Of a stretch of DNA of 26,488 bases, positions 1 through 8,963 are shown one piece after another. The stretch lies in assembly GCA_039589315.1 (NCBI GenBank), contig JBDHHQ010000076.1:1-26488 (forward strand), written 5' to 3'. Source of the DNA: Gemmatimonadota bacterium. GTDB lineage: Bacteria > Gemmatimonadota > Gemmatimonadetes > Longimicrobiales > Gaopeijiaceae. The number at the start of each line of letters is the position of its first letter. Within the stretch, counting starts at the first letter, position 1. The position numbers and the translations under genes are program-made. Below the pieces are notes generated by a model. That model made no database searches, had not been told where the DNA came from, and saw nothing but the letters and a program-made list of their open reading frames with translations.

Positions 1-1202
1 CCCTCGGTGCCCGGGATCGGCTGAGCACTTCGTTGATTCAGAGGGCGCTGATAGAGAAGTACGGTGCCATCGTCGAGACCCTGATACACGATCCGGTCGC
101 CGGCGGCGGAAACGGCCACAGCCCGTCCGCAGCAGGGTGACACTACGGTGTGGCTCGTATCCGGCACGATGGTGAACTGTGCGGAGGGCGGCGGCGCGGG
201 CTCTGATCGGGTGATCCCAGCGAGCGCGTACCCACCCACCAGCAACACGGCGCCCATGACGCCGGCGAGCCAGGCGGGGACGCCCAGAGGGCGGCCGTCC
301 CGCGGGGGCACGGCCGCGGGTGCCGCCGTCGTGACCGCCGTCGCGGGTGCGGCCGGCGTATAGGTGAATGACGGATCCTCCAGCGCTTCCATGAACGCTT
401 TGGCGCTGTCGAAGCGGTCTGCCGGAAGCTTCTCCACGGACTTCGCTACCGTGGCCGACACGTGGGGCGGCACGGTGTGCCGGAGCTCGGTGAGCGGCCG
501 GGGCGTGTCGGTCAGGATGCGCACCAGGATCGACTGAGCGCTCGGCCCAGTATGGGGCGGCTGACCCGCGATCATCTCGTAGAGCACGCAGCCGAGGCTG
601 TACACGTCGGACCGGGCGCTCAGATCCCTGTCGGCGCTGGCTTGCTCGGGGCTCATGTAGTGGGGCGTACCGAGGGAAAGACCGGTCTCCGTCATGCGGC
701 CGGCGCCGGCCGCACTGATGGCCAGCGCGATCCCGAAGTCCGCCACCACCGGCCGGCCGTCGTGGAGCAGCACGTTGCTAGGCTTGATATCCCGGTGGAT
801 CACGCCCTGGCGGTGCGCATAGTCCAAGGCGTCGGCCACGTCCCGGGCGATCCGCACCGCTTCGTCCACCGCGAGCTGCTTCTCCCGGTCCAAACGCTCC
901 CCCAGCGTCTCACCGTCGATGAAGGGCATGACGTAGTAGAGGAAGCCGTCGGCCTCTCCCGAGTCGAAAAGCGGCAGGATGTGGGGATGCTGCAGGTTGG
1001 CCGTCGTCTTGATCTCGGCGAGGAAGCGCTCGGCGCCGATCACCGCCGCCAGCTCGGGCCGGAGCACCTTGAGGGCTACGTTGCGCTCGTGCTTGAGGTC
1101 CTGGGCCAGGTAGACCGTGGCCATGCCGCCCTCACCGAGCTCGCGCTCCAGCTCGTATCGGTCGGACAGCGCTTCCCTCAGGCGATCAGGTGGGTCGTTC
1201 AT
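1..1202 (-). CDS. Membrane-anchored Ser/Thr protein kinase (Hanks type) with probable C-terminal PD40/TolB-like propeller; 3' end runs off the window
   Basis: Manual translation from ATG at 1202: MNDPPDRLREALSDRYELERELGEGGMATVYLAQDLKHERNVALKVLRPEL...HRDIKPSNVLL...DFG...GTPHYMSPEQ...DVYSLGCVLYEM. This is followed by a Pro/Ala/Thr linker, a TM segment (AWLAGVMGAVLLVGGYALAGI) and 'AVSAAGDRIVYQG...AQPIPGTE'. No stop before base 1, hence missing from the ORF track. Confidence 0.95.
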   Translation of the reverse strand, partial: MNDPPDRLREALSDRYELERELGEGGMATVYLAQDLKHERNVALKVLRPELAAVIGAERFLAEIKTTANLQHPHILPLFDSGEADGFLYYVMPFIDGETLGERLDREKQLAVDEAVRIARDVADALDYAHRQGVIHRDIKPSNVLLHDGRPVVADFGIALAISAAGAGRMTETGLSLGTPHYMSPEQASADRDLSARSDVYSLGCVLYEMIAGQPPHTGPSAQSILVRILTDTPRPLTELRHTVPPHVSATVAKSVEKLPADRFDSAKAFMEALEDPSFTYTPAAPATAVTTAAPAAVPPRDGRPLGVPAWLAGVMGAVLLVGGYALAGITRSEPAPPPSAQFTIVPDTSHTVVSPCCGRAVAVSAAGDRIVYQGLDDGTVLLYQRPLNQRSAQPIPGTE

Positions 1203-1331
1203 GGCTGGTGGGCGGGAGGGAACGGAAACGGTCTTGACCCAGGCGTGCCGGGCTCAAGATGAGAGCCGCTGACCGATCCGGGCAAGGAAACCACGTCGGC
1301 GCGTGGGAGTGGGGCTTATCCAGCCACGAAG

Positions 1332-1361
1332 AGGGAGGTGGCCGCTCAGGACCACCTCCCT
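1332..1361. terminator. GC-rich hairpin, probable terminator of the 1421..1816 gene
   Basis: Perfect 10-bp inverted repeat AGGGAGGTGG (1332-1341) / CCACCTCCCT (1352-1361), 10-nt loop, about 60 nt past the stop; only a weak U-tail. Confidence 0.45.
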
Positions 1362-1420
1362 TTGGCCGGCTTCGCCTCGGCTGCGTTGGAGCGTGTGACT
1401 ACACAGTGGACGGCGTGGCC

Positions 1421-1816
1421 CTACATTCCGCCGCCTCCGTCGCCCGCTCCTCCTGCCGACAGCTTGGCGTACACGGTCGCCGCCGCCAGCCAGCCCACGA
1501 CCAACAGGAGGGCGCTGATTGCCGCCGCGGTCACGCCCCGCATGCCGTTCAGCACGTAGTAGACGTCGACCAGGAGAATCTGGGAGATCGCGATGATCAG
1601 ACCCGTCCGGACGGGGTTGCCTACGAATTGGTTGGCCCAGTCGAAGAAGAGCACCAGGAGGATGGAGGTGATGGCCAGCGTTGCCCAACCGGGCCCCATC
1701 GGCCCAGCGGGGGCATCGGCGGCCATGGCCGGGCCGAAGACGTAGGTCACGCCGACGTAGAAGACGACGAACGCTGTCACCACGGCGCCAACGATCGGCT
1801 TGATTCTTTCGCTCAT
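1421..1816 (-). CDS. Hypothetical small integral membrane protein (131 aa, about 4 TM helices)
   Basis: ATG at 1816 preceded by AAGGAG; MSERIKPIVGAVVTAFVVFYVGVTYVFG... four hydrophobic segments, GC3-biased codons, Gly-rich tail. Confidence 0.8.
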   Translation of the reverse strand: MSERIKPIVGAVVTAFVVFYVGVTYVFGPAMAADAPAGPMGPGWATLAITSILLVLFFDWANQFVGNPVRTGLIIAISQILLVDVYYVLNGMRGVTAAAISALLLVVGWLAAATVYAKLSAGGAGDGGGGM

Positions 1817-1878
1817 GAACCGGACTCCTTGTGGGGGATGACGGGAGTTGGACTGTCCAGCCGAGCGGGCGAAGCTCA

Positions 1879-1906
1879 ATCATAACTAGCGGATCGGACG
1901 TATCAG
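1879..1906 (-). promoter_or_regulatory. Possible sigma70-type promoter for the 1421..1816 gene
   Basis: AT-richer patch; minus strand reads CTGATA-N16-TATGAT (-10 at 1879-1884). TTGCAA at 1907-1912 is too far away (22 nt). Confidence 0.3.
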
Positions 1907-2067
1907 TTGCAATGCATTCGTCGGTCCCTGGTCTGGACAGGAGGGCCTCCGTGGTCGTGCGACCGCCCCGGCGTTCGGCGGCTCGAGTGGGTTCCAGACG
2001 GGGGAGGTGCCCGGTTGCGGACTCGCCAGGAGTCGGGCGCCGAGGGATGGCATGGTGTGAGGTGAGC

Positions 2068-2568
2068 TCAGTGGGACCGCCGTTCCCGCAGCACCGCGTT
2101 CACGATCTCGTCGAGCCGTTGCAGGAACGTGGACCTCGCCCTCTTGTCGAACGGCGGCGGCCCCCCGGTGATCGTGCCAGCCTCCCGCAGGTCGGCGGTG
2201 AGCTCGCGCATGGCCAGCGCCTCTCCGATCGAGTCCACCGTGAACGGGCGGCCCCGCGGGCTCAGGACCCGTGCTCCTTTCTCCAGGCAGCGCGACGCCA
2301 ACGGGATGTCCTGTGTGATCACAATGTCCAGCCCGCTCACGTCCTCCACGATCCGGTCGTCGGCCGAATCGAGGGCGTCGTCCTTCACGACGATCAGGTG
2401 GAGCCAGGGCTCGGAGGGGATGCGGATCCAGCGGTTCGACACCAGCCGCACGGTGAGACCGTACCTCTCGGCGACCCGGTAGGTCTCCTCCTTTACGGGA
2501 CAGGCGTCGGCATCCACGAAGATCTCGGGCATGATGCGGCCCCCGGAGTCGGAAGGATCTGTGGACAT
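2068..2568 (-). CDS. yaiI: YaiI/YqxD family protein (UPF0178/DUF188)
   Basis: IFVDADACPVKEE, DSADDRI, DIVITQDIPLASRCLEKGARVLSPRG, GGPPPF motifs. The true start may be ATG at 2532. Confidence 0.93.
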   Translation of the reverse strand: MSTDPSDSGGRIMPEIFVDADACPVKEETYRVAERYGLTVRLVSNRWIRIPSEPWLHLIVVKDDALDSADDRIVEDVSGLDIVITQDIPLASRCLEKGARVLSPRGRPFTVDSIGEALAMRELTADLREAGTITGGPPPFDKRARSTFLQRLDEIVNAVLRERRSH

Positions 2569-2586
2569 GGGCGCGTCTCGGCTCCG

Positions 2587-3567
2587 TCAGAACTGCGCGG
2601 TCACGCCCACGCTCCGGCCCGTGGCGTTCTCGTAGACGTGGTAGGCCGAGGCAAGATCCTGCACCACCAGGCCCAGGGACTTGTAGAGGGTGATGTCGCT
2701 GGGGGATTCGCGGCCCGCGACGCGGCCGAGCGCGACCTCACCGATCTCGCCCAGGATATGGCTCTCGTCGATGGCACCCTCGTCGCGGGCCATCTGGAAC
2801 TCGCCGGCCTGGGCGATGGCTCCGGCCCGTAGGTCGACGTACAAGCGGGACCGCACCACGGCCTCGGTGTCCAGCTCGCGTATGCCCGGGAAGCTCGTGC
2901 CGACGGCGTTGATGTGCTGCCCCGGCTCCAGCCAATCACCCAGGAGGATCGGATCCGGCGACGCCGTCACGGTGCAGATCACATGAGCGCCCTCAACGGC
3001 TGTGCGGGCATCGTCGACGGCGCGGATGTCCACGCCGAACCGGGGTCCCCACTCCCGCGCGAAGGCCTGGGCTTTCTCGCCGTGTCGGCCCCAGACGCGG
3101 ATGTCCGTGAAGTCCCGTACGCAGAGCATGGACTCGAGGTGCTGCCGGCCCTGAGCTCCGTACCCCATGATCGCGAGGGCGGAGGCGTCTTCGCGGGCCA
3201 GGAGCCGTGTCGCCATCGCGCTGGCCGCCGCCGTCCGGATCGCGGTGATCTCGGAGGCGTCGACGACCGCGAAGGGCCGGCCGTGTCGGGTCTCGAACAG
3301 TACCACGACGCCGTGATGGCTGTGCATGCCCAGCGCGAAATTCTCGGGGAAGACGCCGACGAGCTTCACCCCGAAGACATCCGGGCTGGCCATATAGCCG
3401 GGCATCCAGCCGAGAAGCCCGCCGCCAGGCAGCGCCATCTTGTCGCGGAGCGGCATGACCGCCTCGCCGTTGGACGCGCTTCGCATGGCGCCGTCCACCA
3501 CCTCGATGCACTCGGACATGGGCAGCAACTCGATCACCTGCTGCGGGTCGATGAGGCGTAGCTCCAT
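2587..3567 (-). CDS. Ornithine cyclodeaminase / mu-crystallin (ketimine reductase-like) family protein
   Basis: Start trimmed to ATG 3567 (MELRLIDPQQV); GVKLV.VFPEN, ITAIRTAAASA, Rossmann GYGAQG, HINAVG, YKSLG...QD motifs; 326 aa. Confidence 0.93.
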   Translation of the reverse strand: MELRLIDPQQVIELLPMSECIEVVDGAMRSASNGEAVMPLRDKMALPGGGLLGWMPGYMASPDVFGVKLVGVFPENFALGMHSHHGVVVLFETRHGRPFAVVDASEITAIRTAAASAMATRLLAREDASALAIMGYGAQGRQHLESMLCVRDFTDIRVWGRHGEKAQAFAREWGPRFGVDIRAVDDARTAVEGAHVICTVTASPDPILLGDWLEPGQHINAVGTSFPGIRELDTEAVVRSRLYVDLRAGAIAQAGEFQMARDEGAIDESHILGEIGEVALGRVAGRESPSDITLYKSLGLVVQDLASAYHVYENATGRSVGVTAQF

Positions 3568-3596
3568 TGCCGAGCTCCGGACGTGGGGGTGGGAGA

Positions 3597-6500
3597 TCAC
3601 TCTCGCACGGTGAGCGCGCGGAGCAGCATCTGGCCGTCCAGGTCTTCGAAGAGCCCCTGGTGGTGCTGGCTCGACGCCAGTCGTTGGGCGGCCTCGGCGG
3701 GATCGGCGTTCTCCTCGGCCAACGCTCGTGCCAGGTCTGCCGCGAAACGGGAAGCAGTCGAAGGCGCCGACGCACCCCTGGTCAACGCCTCGAGCTCGGC
3801 GGTCCGTCCGAGGGCGTGCGTCGCAGGAATGGCCAGAAGGTCCAGGGGATCCAGTGCGGCCTGCGCCGGCTCTGCAGTCGGGCCCTCCGGGATCCCAGAG
3901 GCCGCGGCATGGGCCGCATCCGTCGCCTCCACGACGGCCTGGAATGCCCATCGTGCGCCGTCGTCGTTGCCCAATCGCGACTCCACACGGCCCAGGAGGA
4001 AGCGGACGAGCCGTTCCTCCGGCTCGTACGGTCGGCCCTGTCCTAGCGTCTCCGGCCACTCCAGCGCGGCCGCCAGATACCGCTTCGCTTCCTCGAACCG
4101 GCCATCGTCCATCGCGTCCAGGGCCACCAGCGTGTGCGCCTGCTCATAGAGACGGTGGCTCTCCCGGGCGTTCTCGGACGGGAGGACCCGGGCCTCGGCC
4201 AGAATCACCGCGGCCTCGTTCGCCCTACCCAGGTGGATCAGGGCCTTGGCGTGCAGCAGGTCCAGGTTGAAGTCGTCCGAGAATCGCTCTCGTGCCGCGG
4301 TCGACACGGCCGAGGCCTCGCTCCACCGGCCCTGGCCCTGCTGGTGCCTGATCAGCTCGACGTGGAGCAGTCGGTCCGCGGGGTCCAGCGCTACGGCGCG
4401 GCTCAGGTCAGGGGCGGAGTCCGCACCGTACTGCTCGCTCGACAGGTGGGCCCGGGCGACGTACAGGGGAGCGAAGTCGGGCCCGTTACCGAGCTCCTCC
4501 AGGTGGGAGGCAGCCTCCGCTTTCCGGTCCACCGCCCAGAGGTTGAGGGCCAGGAGGTACCGCCAGACCCATTGGTCGCTCTGCTCGGCCGCCCATTCCA
4601 GCACCCGGAGCGACTCGGTGCGGAAAGGGAAGGCGAAGGCCGGGTCGGCGGCGTCGCGCAGCTCCGCCGAGTCCTGGTGGAGCCACGCCCTCCAGGCCCG
4701 ACGCACCAGGTCGGCATCGGCTCCGGCCTCGAGAGAGAGAAGCGTCCGGGCATCGTCCGTCAGCCCTCGATTCGCGTAACCGATGGCCAGCTCGAGGAGG
4801 GTCTGACCCGGGTATTCGCTACGCATGGCGTCCGTCAGTGCCCGCCCGGAAGCACCGCTCGGCTCCGCCAGGTAGGCCTCGGCGAGGGCGAAGTGATGAA
4901 GCGGATCGATCTCCAGCAACCGGCGCGCGGCCTCCTGGGCCAAGGCCCGGCCGGCCGCGCCCCGCATCCGGCCCACGATCGCCAGCATCTGCCAGGCGGG
5001 CACACCGTGGCGATCGAAGTCGATGGCCAAACGAGCGTACCGCTCGGCCTCGGCCAGATCGCCGGAGCCCAACATCAGCTCGGAGAGCTGTGTGTACGCG
5101 GCCGACCGGTAGCCCACCGAGCGAGCCGCCCAACCGAACGCGTCCCGTGCATCCGCGGTGCGGCCCAGCGCCCGGTAAAGCGTGCCGGCAACGAAGTTCG
5201 CCCGAGCATCGTAGGCGTCCAGCTGCAGGATCCGATTGGCGTACTCCAGCCCCTCCTCGAAGGCGCCGCGTCGGTAGGCCAGGTCGGCGAGACCCAGCAG
5301 GGCCTCCCTGTGTCGGGGCTCCTCTGCCGCGGCGGCCTCGAAGGCCCGACGCGCCTCCGCGTATCGGCGACCCTTGAGCAGCTCCCGGCCCTCGAACGCC
5401 AGGCGATCCGTCTCGGGAATGCTCTCCCGGGCTCCGGGGTCGGTGGAGAAAGGCCTGGCCAGCGCACGCTCCGACGGGTCGAAGGAGTAGTCCAGGCCGA
5501 GGGCGGGAAGGCGCACGCGGAAGTCCTCCCGGGAGGGAAGCTCCACGACGGTCTCGGAGGGCTGCAGCGCGGTGAGCCTGAGGGGCCTGGATTCGACCAG
5601 GCCCCCACCGGACCAGACGGTCAGCGTGTCGCTCGCGTCCGCGAAGGCGTTCACGCCGATGATCAGCTGTCCGTCACGGGCATCGATGTGCATCGCACCG
5701 TCGCGAGAAGCGTCCGTCAAGCCGCCGATCCCCTCGAGAGGAAACCACGTCTCGCTCCAGCGGCTCGCCGACAGCGGCTCGAAGCCGGCCTGCGTGATGG
5801 GATTGACGGACTCGTCAGGCGAGTACTGGACGAACAGACGACCCGCCTGGAACTCGACGTACTGGCCATCCGTGTCCGTCAGGAGGTCCTCCCAGACGCC
5901 GCCTTCCCGGGACAGCGCCCAGAGCCAGAGCTTCTGACCGGGCATCTCCTCGTAGCGTGCCCAGTGTCCGAAGCCGTAGTCGTCCTCGTGGTAGTATCCC
6001 CCGAAGAAGTCGTTCAGCTCCCCGACGACGTGGTACGACTTGTGACCCTCGAACGTGTTGTTCCGGTAGAGGGGTAGGTAGCGGCCCTGGCCGTCCTCGG
6101 GCCACGGCATCTCGATCCCCGAGTGGCGGAGGTATGCGTTGCCCGGGATCGAGAGCTCCAGGTCGTCCTGAGCGAACGCCGCGGCCGTCATCCAATTGTA
6201 GTAGGGCTGCTCCAGAGGCGTGGGGTTGTACCAGAGGACCCGGGTCTCGAAGTACGCGCGGTCCGCCGGAAGCCGGACCTCGACGCGCCAGTGGGTCCGG
6301 GACGGGAGATCCATGGCCCCCACGATGACGCTCACGCTTCCGTCGGCGTTCTCCCGGAGCCCGTAGTCGACGGGGGTGGCCGTGGCGGGCGTGTGCCCGA
6401 TGACGCCGAAGTTGAACTCGATACCCCCCGAGGTCCAGGGGCCTCGCAACGCGATATTGCGGAATTTCATGACCTCGTTTCGGTAGATGAACTCGTGGCC

Positions 6501-6821
6501 GGTCTCCTTGACGATCGCTCCCCAGACCTTCCCTCCCACCTCGGGCAAAACGAAGACCTCGATGAGGTCGTTCTCGAGGTGCACCACCGTCCACTCACGG
6601 GGCTCGGCCGTGTGGGAGTATCCGTCGAACGAGTGGTACGGATACAGCCGCGGGTCCCGGGTGAGGATAGGGATCCGGTTGGGCTCGGCGAACGGGTACG
6701 TGTCGATGATCCGGACCTCCTCGGAGATCCGCGCCGTTTGCTCCTGAGAGACCGTGGGGCGGGGTGCCGCTGCCCAAAGGGCGATGGCCAGCGCCAACGC
6801 GGAAGAACCGGACGGGGACAT
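3597..6821 (-). CDS. DUF5107 domain protein with C-terminal TPR repeats, probably secreted
   Basis: YPYHSFDGY, LEND.IEV.VLPEVGGKVWGA, GPWTSGGIEFNFG.IGH, PGQKLWLW, LTDTDGQYVEFQAG N-terminal motifs, then about 600 aa of Ala/Leu-rich TPR-like helices. Signal-like N-terminus from ATG 6821 (track uses GTG 6863). Confidence 0.88.
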   Translation of the reverse strand: MSPSGSSALALAIALWAAAPRPTVSQEQTARISEEVRIIDTYPFAEPNRIPILTRDPRLYPYHSFDGYSHTAEPREWTVVHLENDLIEVFVLPEVGGKVWGAIVKETGHEFIYRNEVMKFRNIALRGPWTSGGIEFNFGVIGHTPATATPVDYGLRENADGSVSVIVGAMDLPSRTHWRVEVRLPADRAYFETRVLWYNPTPLEQPYYNWMTAAAFAQDDLELSIPGNAYLRHSGIEMPWPEDGQGRYLPLYRNNTFEGHKSYHVVGELNDFFGGYYHEDDYGFGHWARYEEMPGQKLWLWALSREGGVWEDLLTDTDGQYVEFQAGRLFVQYSPDESVNPITQAGFEPLSASRWSETWFPLEGIGGLTDASRDGAMHIDARDGQLIIGVNAFADASDTLTVWSGGGLVESRPLRLTALQPSETVVELPSREDFRVRLPALGLDYSFDPSERALARPFSTDPGARESIPETDRLAFEGRELLKGRRYAEARRAFEAAAAEEPRHREALLGLADLAYRRGAFEEGLEYANRILQLDAYDARANFVAGTLYRALGRTADARDAFGWAARSVGYRSAAYTQLSELMLGSGDLAEAERYARLAIDFDRHGVPAWQMLAIVGRMRGAAGRALAQEAARRLLEIDPLHHFALAEAYLAEPSGASGRALTDAMRSEYPGQTLLELAIGYANRGLTDDARTLLSLEAGADADLVRRAWRAWLHQDSAELRDAADPAFAFPFRTESLRVLEWAAEQSDQWVWRYLLALNLWAVDRKAEAASHLEELGNGPDFAPLYVARAHLSSEQYGADSAPDLSRAVALDPADRLLHVELIRHQQGQGRWSEASAVSTAARERFSDDFNLDLLHAKALIHLGRANEAAVILAEARVLPSENARESHRLYEQAHTLVALDAMDDGRFEEAKRYLAAALEWPETLGQGRPYEPEERLVRFLLGRVESRLGNDDGARWAFQAVVEATDAAHAAASGIPEGPTAEPAQAALDPLDLLAIPATHALGRTAELEALTRGASAPSTASRFAADLARALAEENADPAEAAQRLASSQHHQGLFEDLDGQMLLRALTVRE

Positions 6822-6860
6822 TGTGGACCTGCTAAGGAACGTGGTCAGGTCCGCGGCTGC

Positions 6861-6893
6861 CACGGCCTGGGACCCCGAGACGCCAGGGCCGTG
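6861..6893. terminator. Hairpin between the TerB-like and DUF5107 genes
   Basis: CACGGCCTGG ... CCAGGGCCGTG, 10-bp stem with one bulge, about 30 nt after the TerB-like stop; no U-tail. Confidence 0.3.
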
Positions 6894-6924
6894 AGAGGCG
6901 CAGGCACGCCGGGGGTTTGCGTAT

Positions 6925-7527
6925 CTAGAGCCCCTGCGGCACCTCGTCGGGCGATATGTCCAAGAAGGAATGGACGAGCTTCAGGGCCTCCTGTTCGTCC
7001 CGACTGATCCGGGCGCCCAACCCGAAGAGCCCGCCTCGGTCTGCGCTCGCGACCCGAAAGCCTATCGCCAGCAGACCCCCCTTGAACGCCGCGGCGTCCG
7101 CCATCTCCACTCGGCGGTCGAGGATCTGCCGGACCTGCGTCAGACCCACGTCGAAGGTCCGCCCGTCGGCCCGCCATGCCTCGAGCATCGCGTCAAGATC
7201 CTCCCGGCCTTGGGCCAAGACCTCGTCCAGTAATGGCGAGTCGGTGAGCGCCACCCGCTGGATCACCTTCTGCAGCGCGAGCAACTCCTTCTGCCGGAGC
7301 TTACCGTCAGCACCGGCAACCGCATTGAACACCCAGAAGGGAGCGAAGGTCAGGGTCGCCCACTCCGCCGCATCCATACGGCTCGCCCCGGCGTGGCGCT
7401 GCACGGGGGAAGGCGCGACCACCGTTCCGCACTGCCCGCAGGTCGATCCCCCCGTCACCGGGGCCCCGCACATGGTGCAATGCGTAGTCTCGACCTCCAG
7501 GTCGTCTCCGGGCACGATCGGCGTCAT
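6925..7527 (-). CDS. Zinc-ribbon + TerB-like domain protein (200 aa)
   Basis: ATG 7527 with GGAGGT RBS; CTMC-x9-CGQC at the N-terminus; VAGADGKLRQKE and VASADRGGLFGLGARISRDEQEAL match the two A-D-G...E repeats of TerB-like folds. Confidence 0.75.
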   Translation of the reverse strand: MTPIVPGDDLEVETTHCTMCGAPVTGGSTCGQCGTVVAPSPVQRHAGASRMDAAEWATLTFAPFWVFNAVAGADGKLRQKELLALQKVIQRVALTDSPLLDEVLAQGREDLDAMLEAWRADGRTFDVGLTQVRQILDRRVEMADAAAFKGGLLAIGFRVASADRGGLFGLGARISRDEQEALKLVHSFLDISPDEVPQGL

Positions 7528-7667
7528 GTTACCTCCAGGGAATCCGTGAGAGACGACGATCCGCGGACTGAGCACCCCTTTTCGAGCCGCGAATGCGTCT
7601 AATCCCCATATCGACGGTAGTTTCGACGATCAATGAAGGGCAAGGCTCTTGATCGCGCGGGTCCAGC

Positions 7668-8963
7668 TCACTCCTGTCGCAGCGGGGGCATGGGAATCGG
7701 AATGTCGAAGACGGACGCGGCCACCCCCATTCCGTTCTCGCAGCTGTTGGGCGGCGTCGTCGGCGTGTAGTTCTTTCTAGCCGAAGGTGTCTCGGCAGCC
7801 CAGAACATGTAGCCGAGCATCCCGATCGTGAGGCCCGCCCCGTTTGGAGCCACCATATGCACGTACTCCGCGTGCTCGTACTGCTCGGACGCATAGAAGT
7901 CCGTGCAGTTGGCCATGCTCCCCTTCAGGTACAAGCCGCCCGTGAACCTGTTCGGGGCCTTCGGCGGGATCGGTGGATCGTACTGTGGCTTGCCGTCCAC
8001 GTGCTCCTGCCAGTGGTCCGGCGTTCCCGACGACCGGTGCACCATGGCGTTGGCGTAGTCCAGGACGGGGTTCGCGTTGTCGAGCCAGTGTGTGGTGGCG
8101 TACCGGTTCAGCGCCTGCAGGTAACGGCCGCCCGCAGCCAGATCGATGGTCAGGCGCGCGGCGTGGTCGGCGCCGCTGGCGTCGTACGGATGCGCCGAGC
8201 GGTACGCATCGACGAACGCCTGAAGGCCGACCGTATCGGGGTCCGTGTTCTGCTCGTAGTCGATCTCGATACCGACGTCGAATTGCGCAGCGATGGCGGC
8301 CGCGTTCAGCCCGAGCTGGGTGGCGTCGGTGGCCAGCGCCTCGTCCCAGAAGTCGATGTAGGTGACACCGCCGATGGACATCATCACCCGGATGCCGGCG
8401 TCCTTGAAGTAGTCCACGACTTCCTGGGTCATGCCGATGGGCACGCCGGCCACCGTGACATCGTCGCTCGTCAGGTTCAGCACCTTCATGGGCTGTAGGA
8501 AGCTCAGCACCACCAGATTCACCGACGGTTGCCCGTCGCCCCGGTCGATGATCCAGTGGTTGGCCTGGTCGAACTCGACCATGTCGCGTTCGAGGCTCCA
8601 GTCGGCGTAGTGGTTGCCGGCATGCCAAACCCCGAAGATTTGAATCGGCGTTGGATCGGGGGGCTCGCCGCCCGGATCGGACGCACACGCGCCTCGGTCC
8701 GACCAGTATGCGGGGTGGCTTCCCGGGGCGATGCCCTGGCTGGGCTTCTTGGCTCGCCATTCGTGGCTCCCGTGGGAGACGATGTCGCCCCGGGCGTAGG
8801 CCGTTCCTGCGTCCCAGTCCGGTGCAGAACAGGCGGCCGCGACTGCAGCTGGCCTCGTGATCCCGTCTGGGCCTGACGTCAGGCTAGACGGATCGGCAGT
8901 GCAGGAGGCGAGGGCCACGGCGAGAATGGCGCCGAACGCCGGTAGGATCTTTGCGGGTCCCAT
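7668..8963 (-). CDS. Lipoprotein with CBM5/12 chitin-binding module and divergent GH18-like TIM barrel
   Basis: ATG 8963 with AAGGGAGG RBS; lipobox LASC; WDAGTAYARGDIVSHGSHEWRAK...PG....W (CBM5/12); Pro-rich linker; VMMSIGG, FDVGIEIDYE, LDYANAM and GYMFW motifs of GH18-type barrels. Confidence 0.8.
   Translation of the reverse strand: MGPAKILPAFGAILAVALASCTADPSSLTSGPDGITRPAAVAAACSAPDWDAGTAYARGDIVSHGSHEWRAKKPSQGIAPGSHPAYWSDRGACASDPGGEPPDPTPIQIFGVWHAGNHYADWSLERDMVEFDQANHWIIDRGDGQPSVNLVVLSFLQPMKVLNLTSDDVTVAGVPIGMTQEVVDYFKDAGIRVMMSIGGVTYIDFWDEALATDATQLGLNAAAIAAQFDVGIEIDYEQNTDPDTVGLQAFVDAYRSAHPYDASGADHAARLTIDLAAGGRYLQALNRYATTHWLDNANPVLDYANAMVHRSSGTPDHWQEHVDGKPQYDPPIPPKAPNRFTGGLYLKGSMANCTDFYASEQYEHAEYVHMVAPNGAGLTIGMLGYMFWAAETPSARKNYTPTTPPNSCENGMGVAASVFDIPIPMPPLRQE

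Noticed and set aside
462..1262. 266-aa plus-strand ORF
   Set aside because: Antisense shadow of the kinase gene, which has all canonical motifs.
1258..1345. SAM-I riboswitch-like words (GATGAGAG; CTTATCCAG...GAGGGA..TGGCC)
   Set aside because: Elements are in the wrong order, GCAACC and GGTGC..AATTCC are absent, and no plus-strand gene lies downstream.
3568..4059. N-terminal extension of the cyclodeaminase ORF (and similar extensions of 9925.., 11343.., 14324.., ..17485, 17163.., ..24178)
   Set aside because: Arg/Gly/Pro-rich open-frame run-ons overlapping neighbouring genes; family-typical starts lie downstream.
4134..6077. 647-aa plus-strand ORF (also 9961..12042, 12669..14018, 16617..18728, 23413..24561 and similar)
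   Set aside because: Antisense or alternate-frame shadows expected from high GC3 codon bias; no motifs, and each overlaps a well-supported gene.
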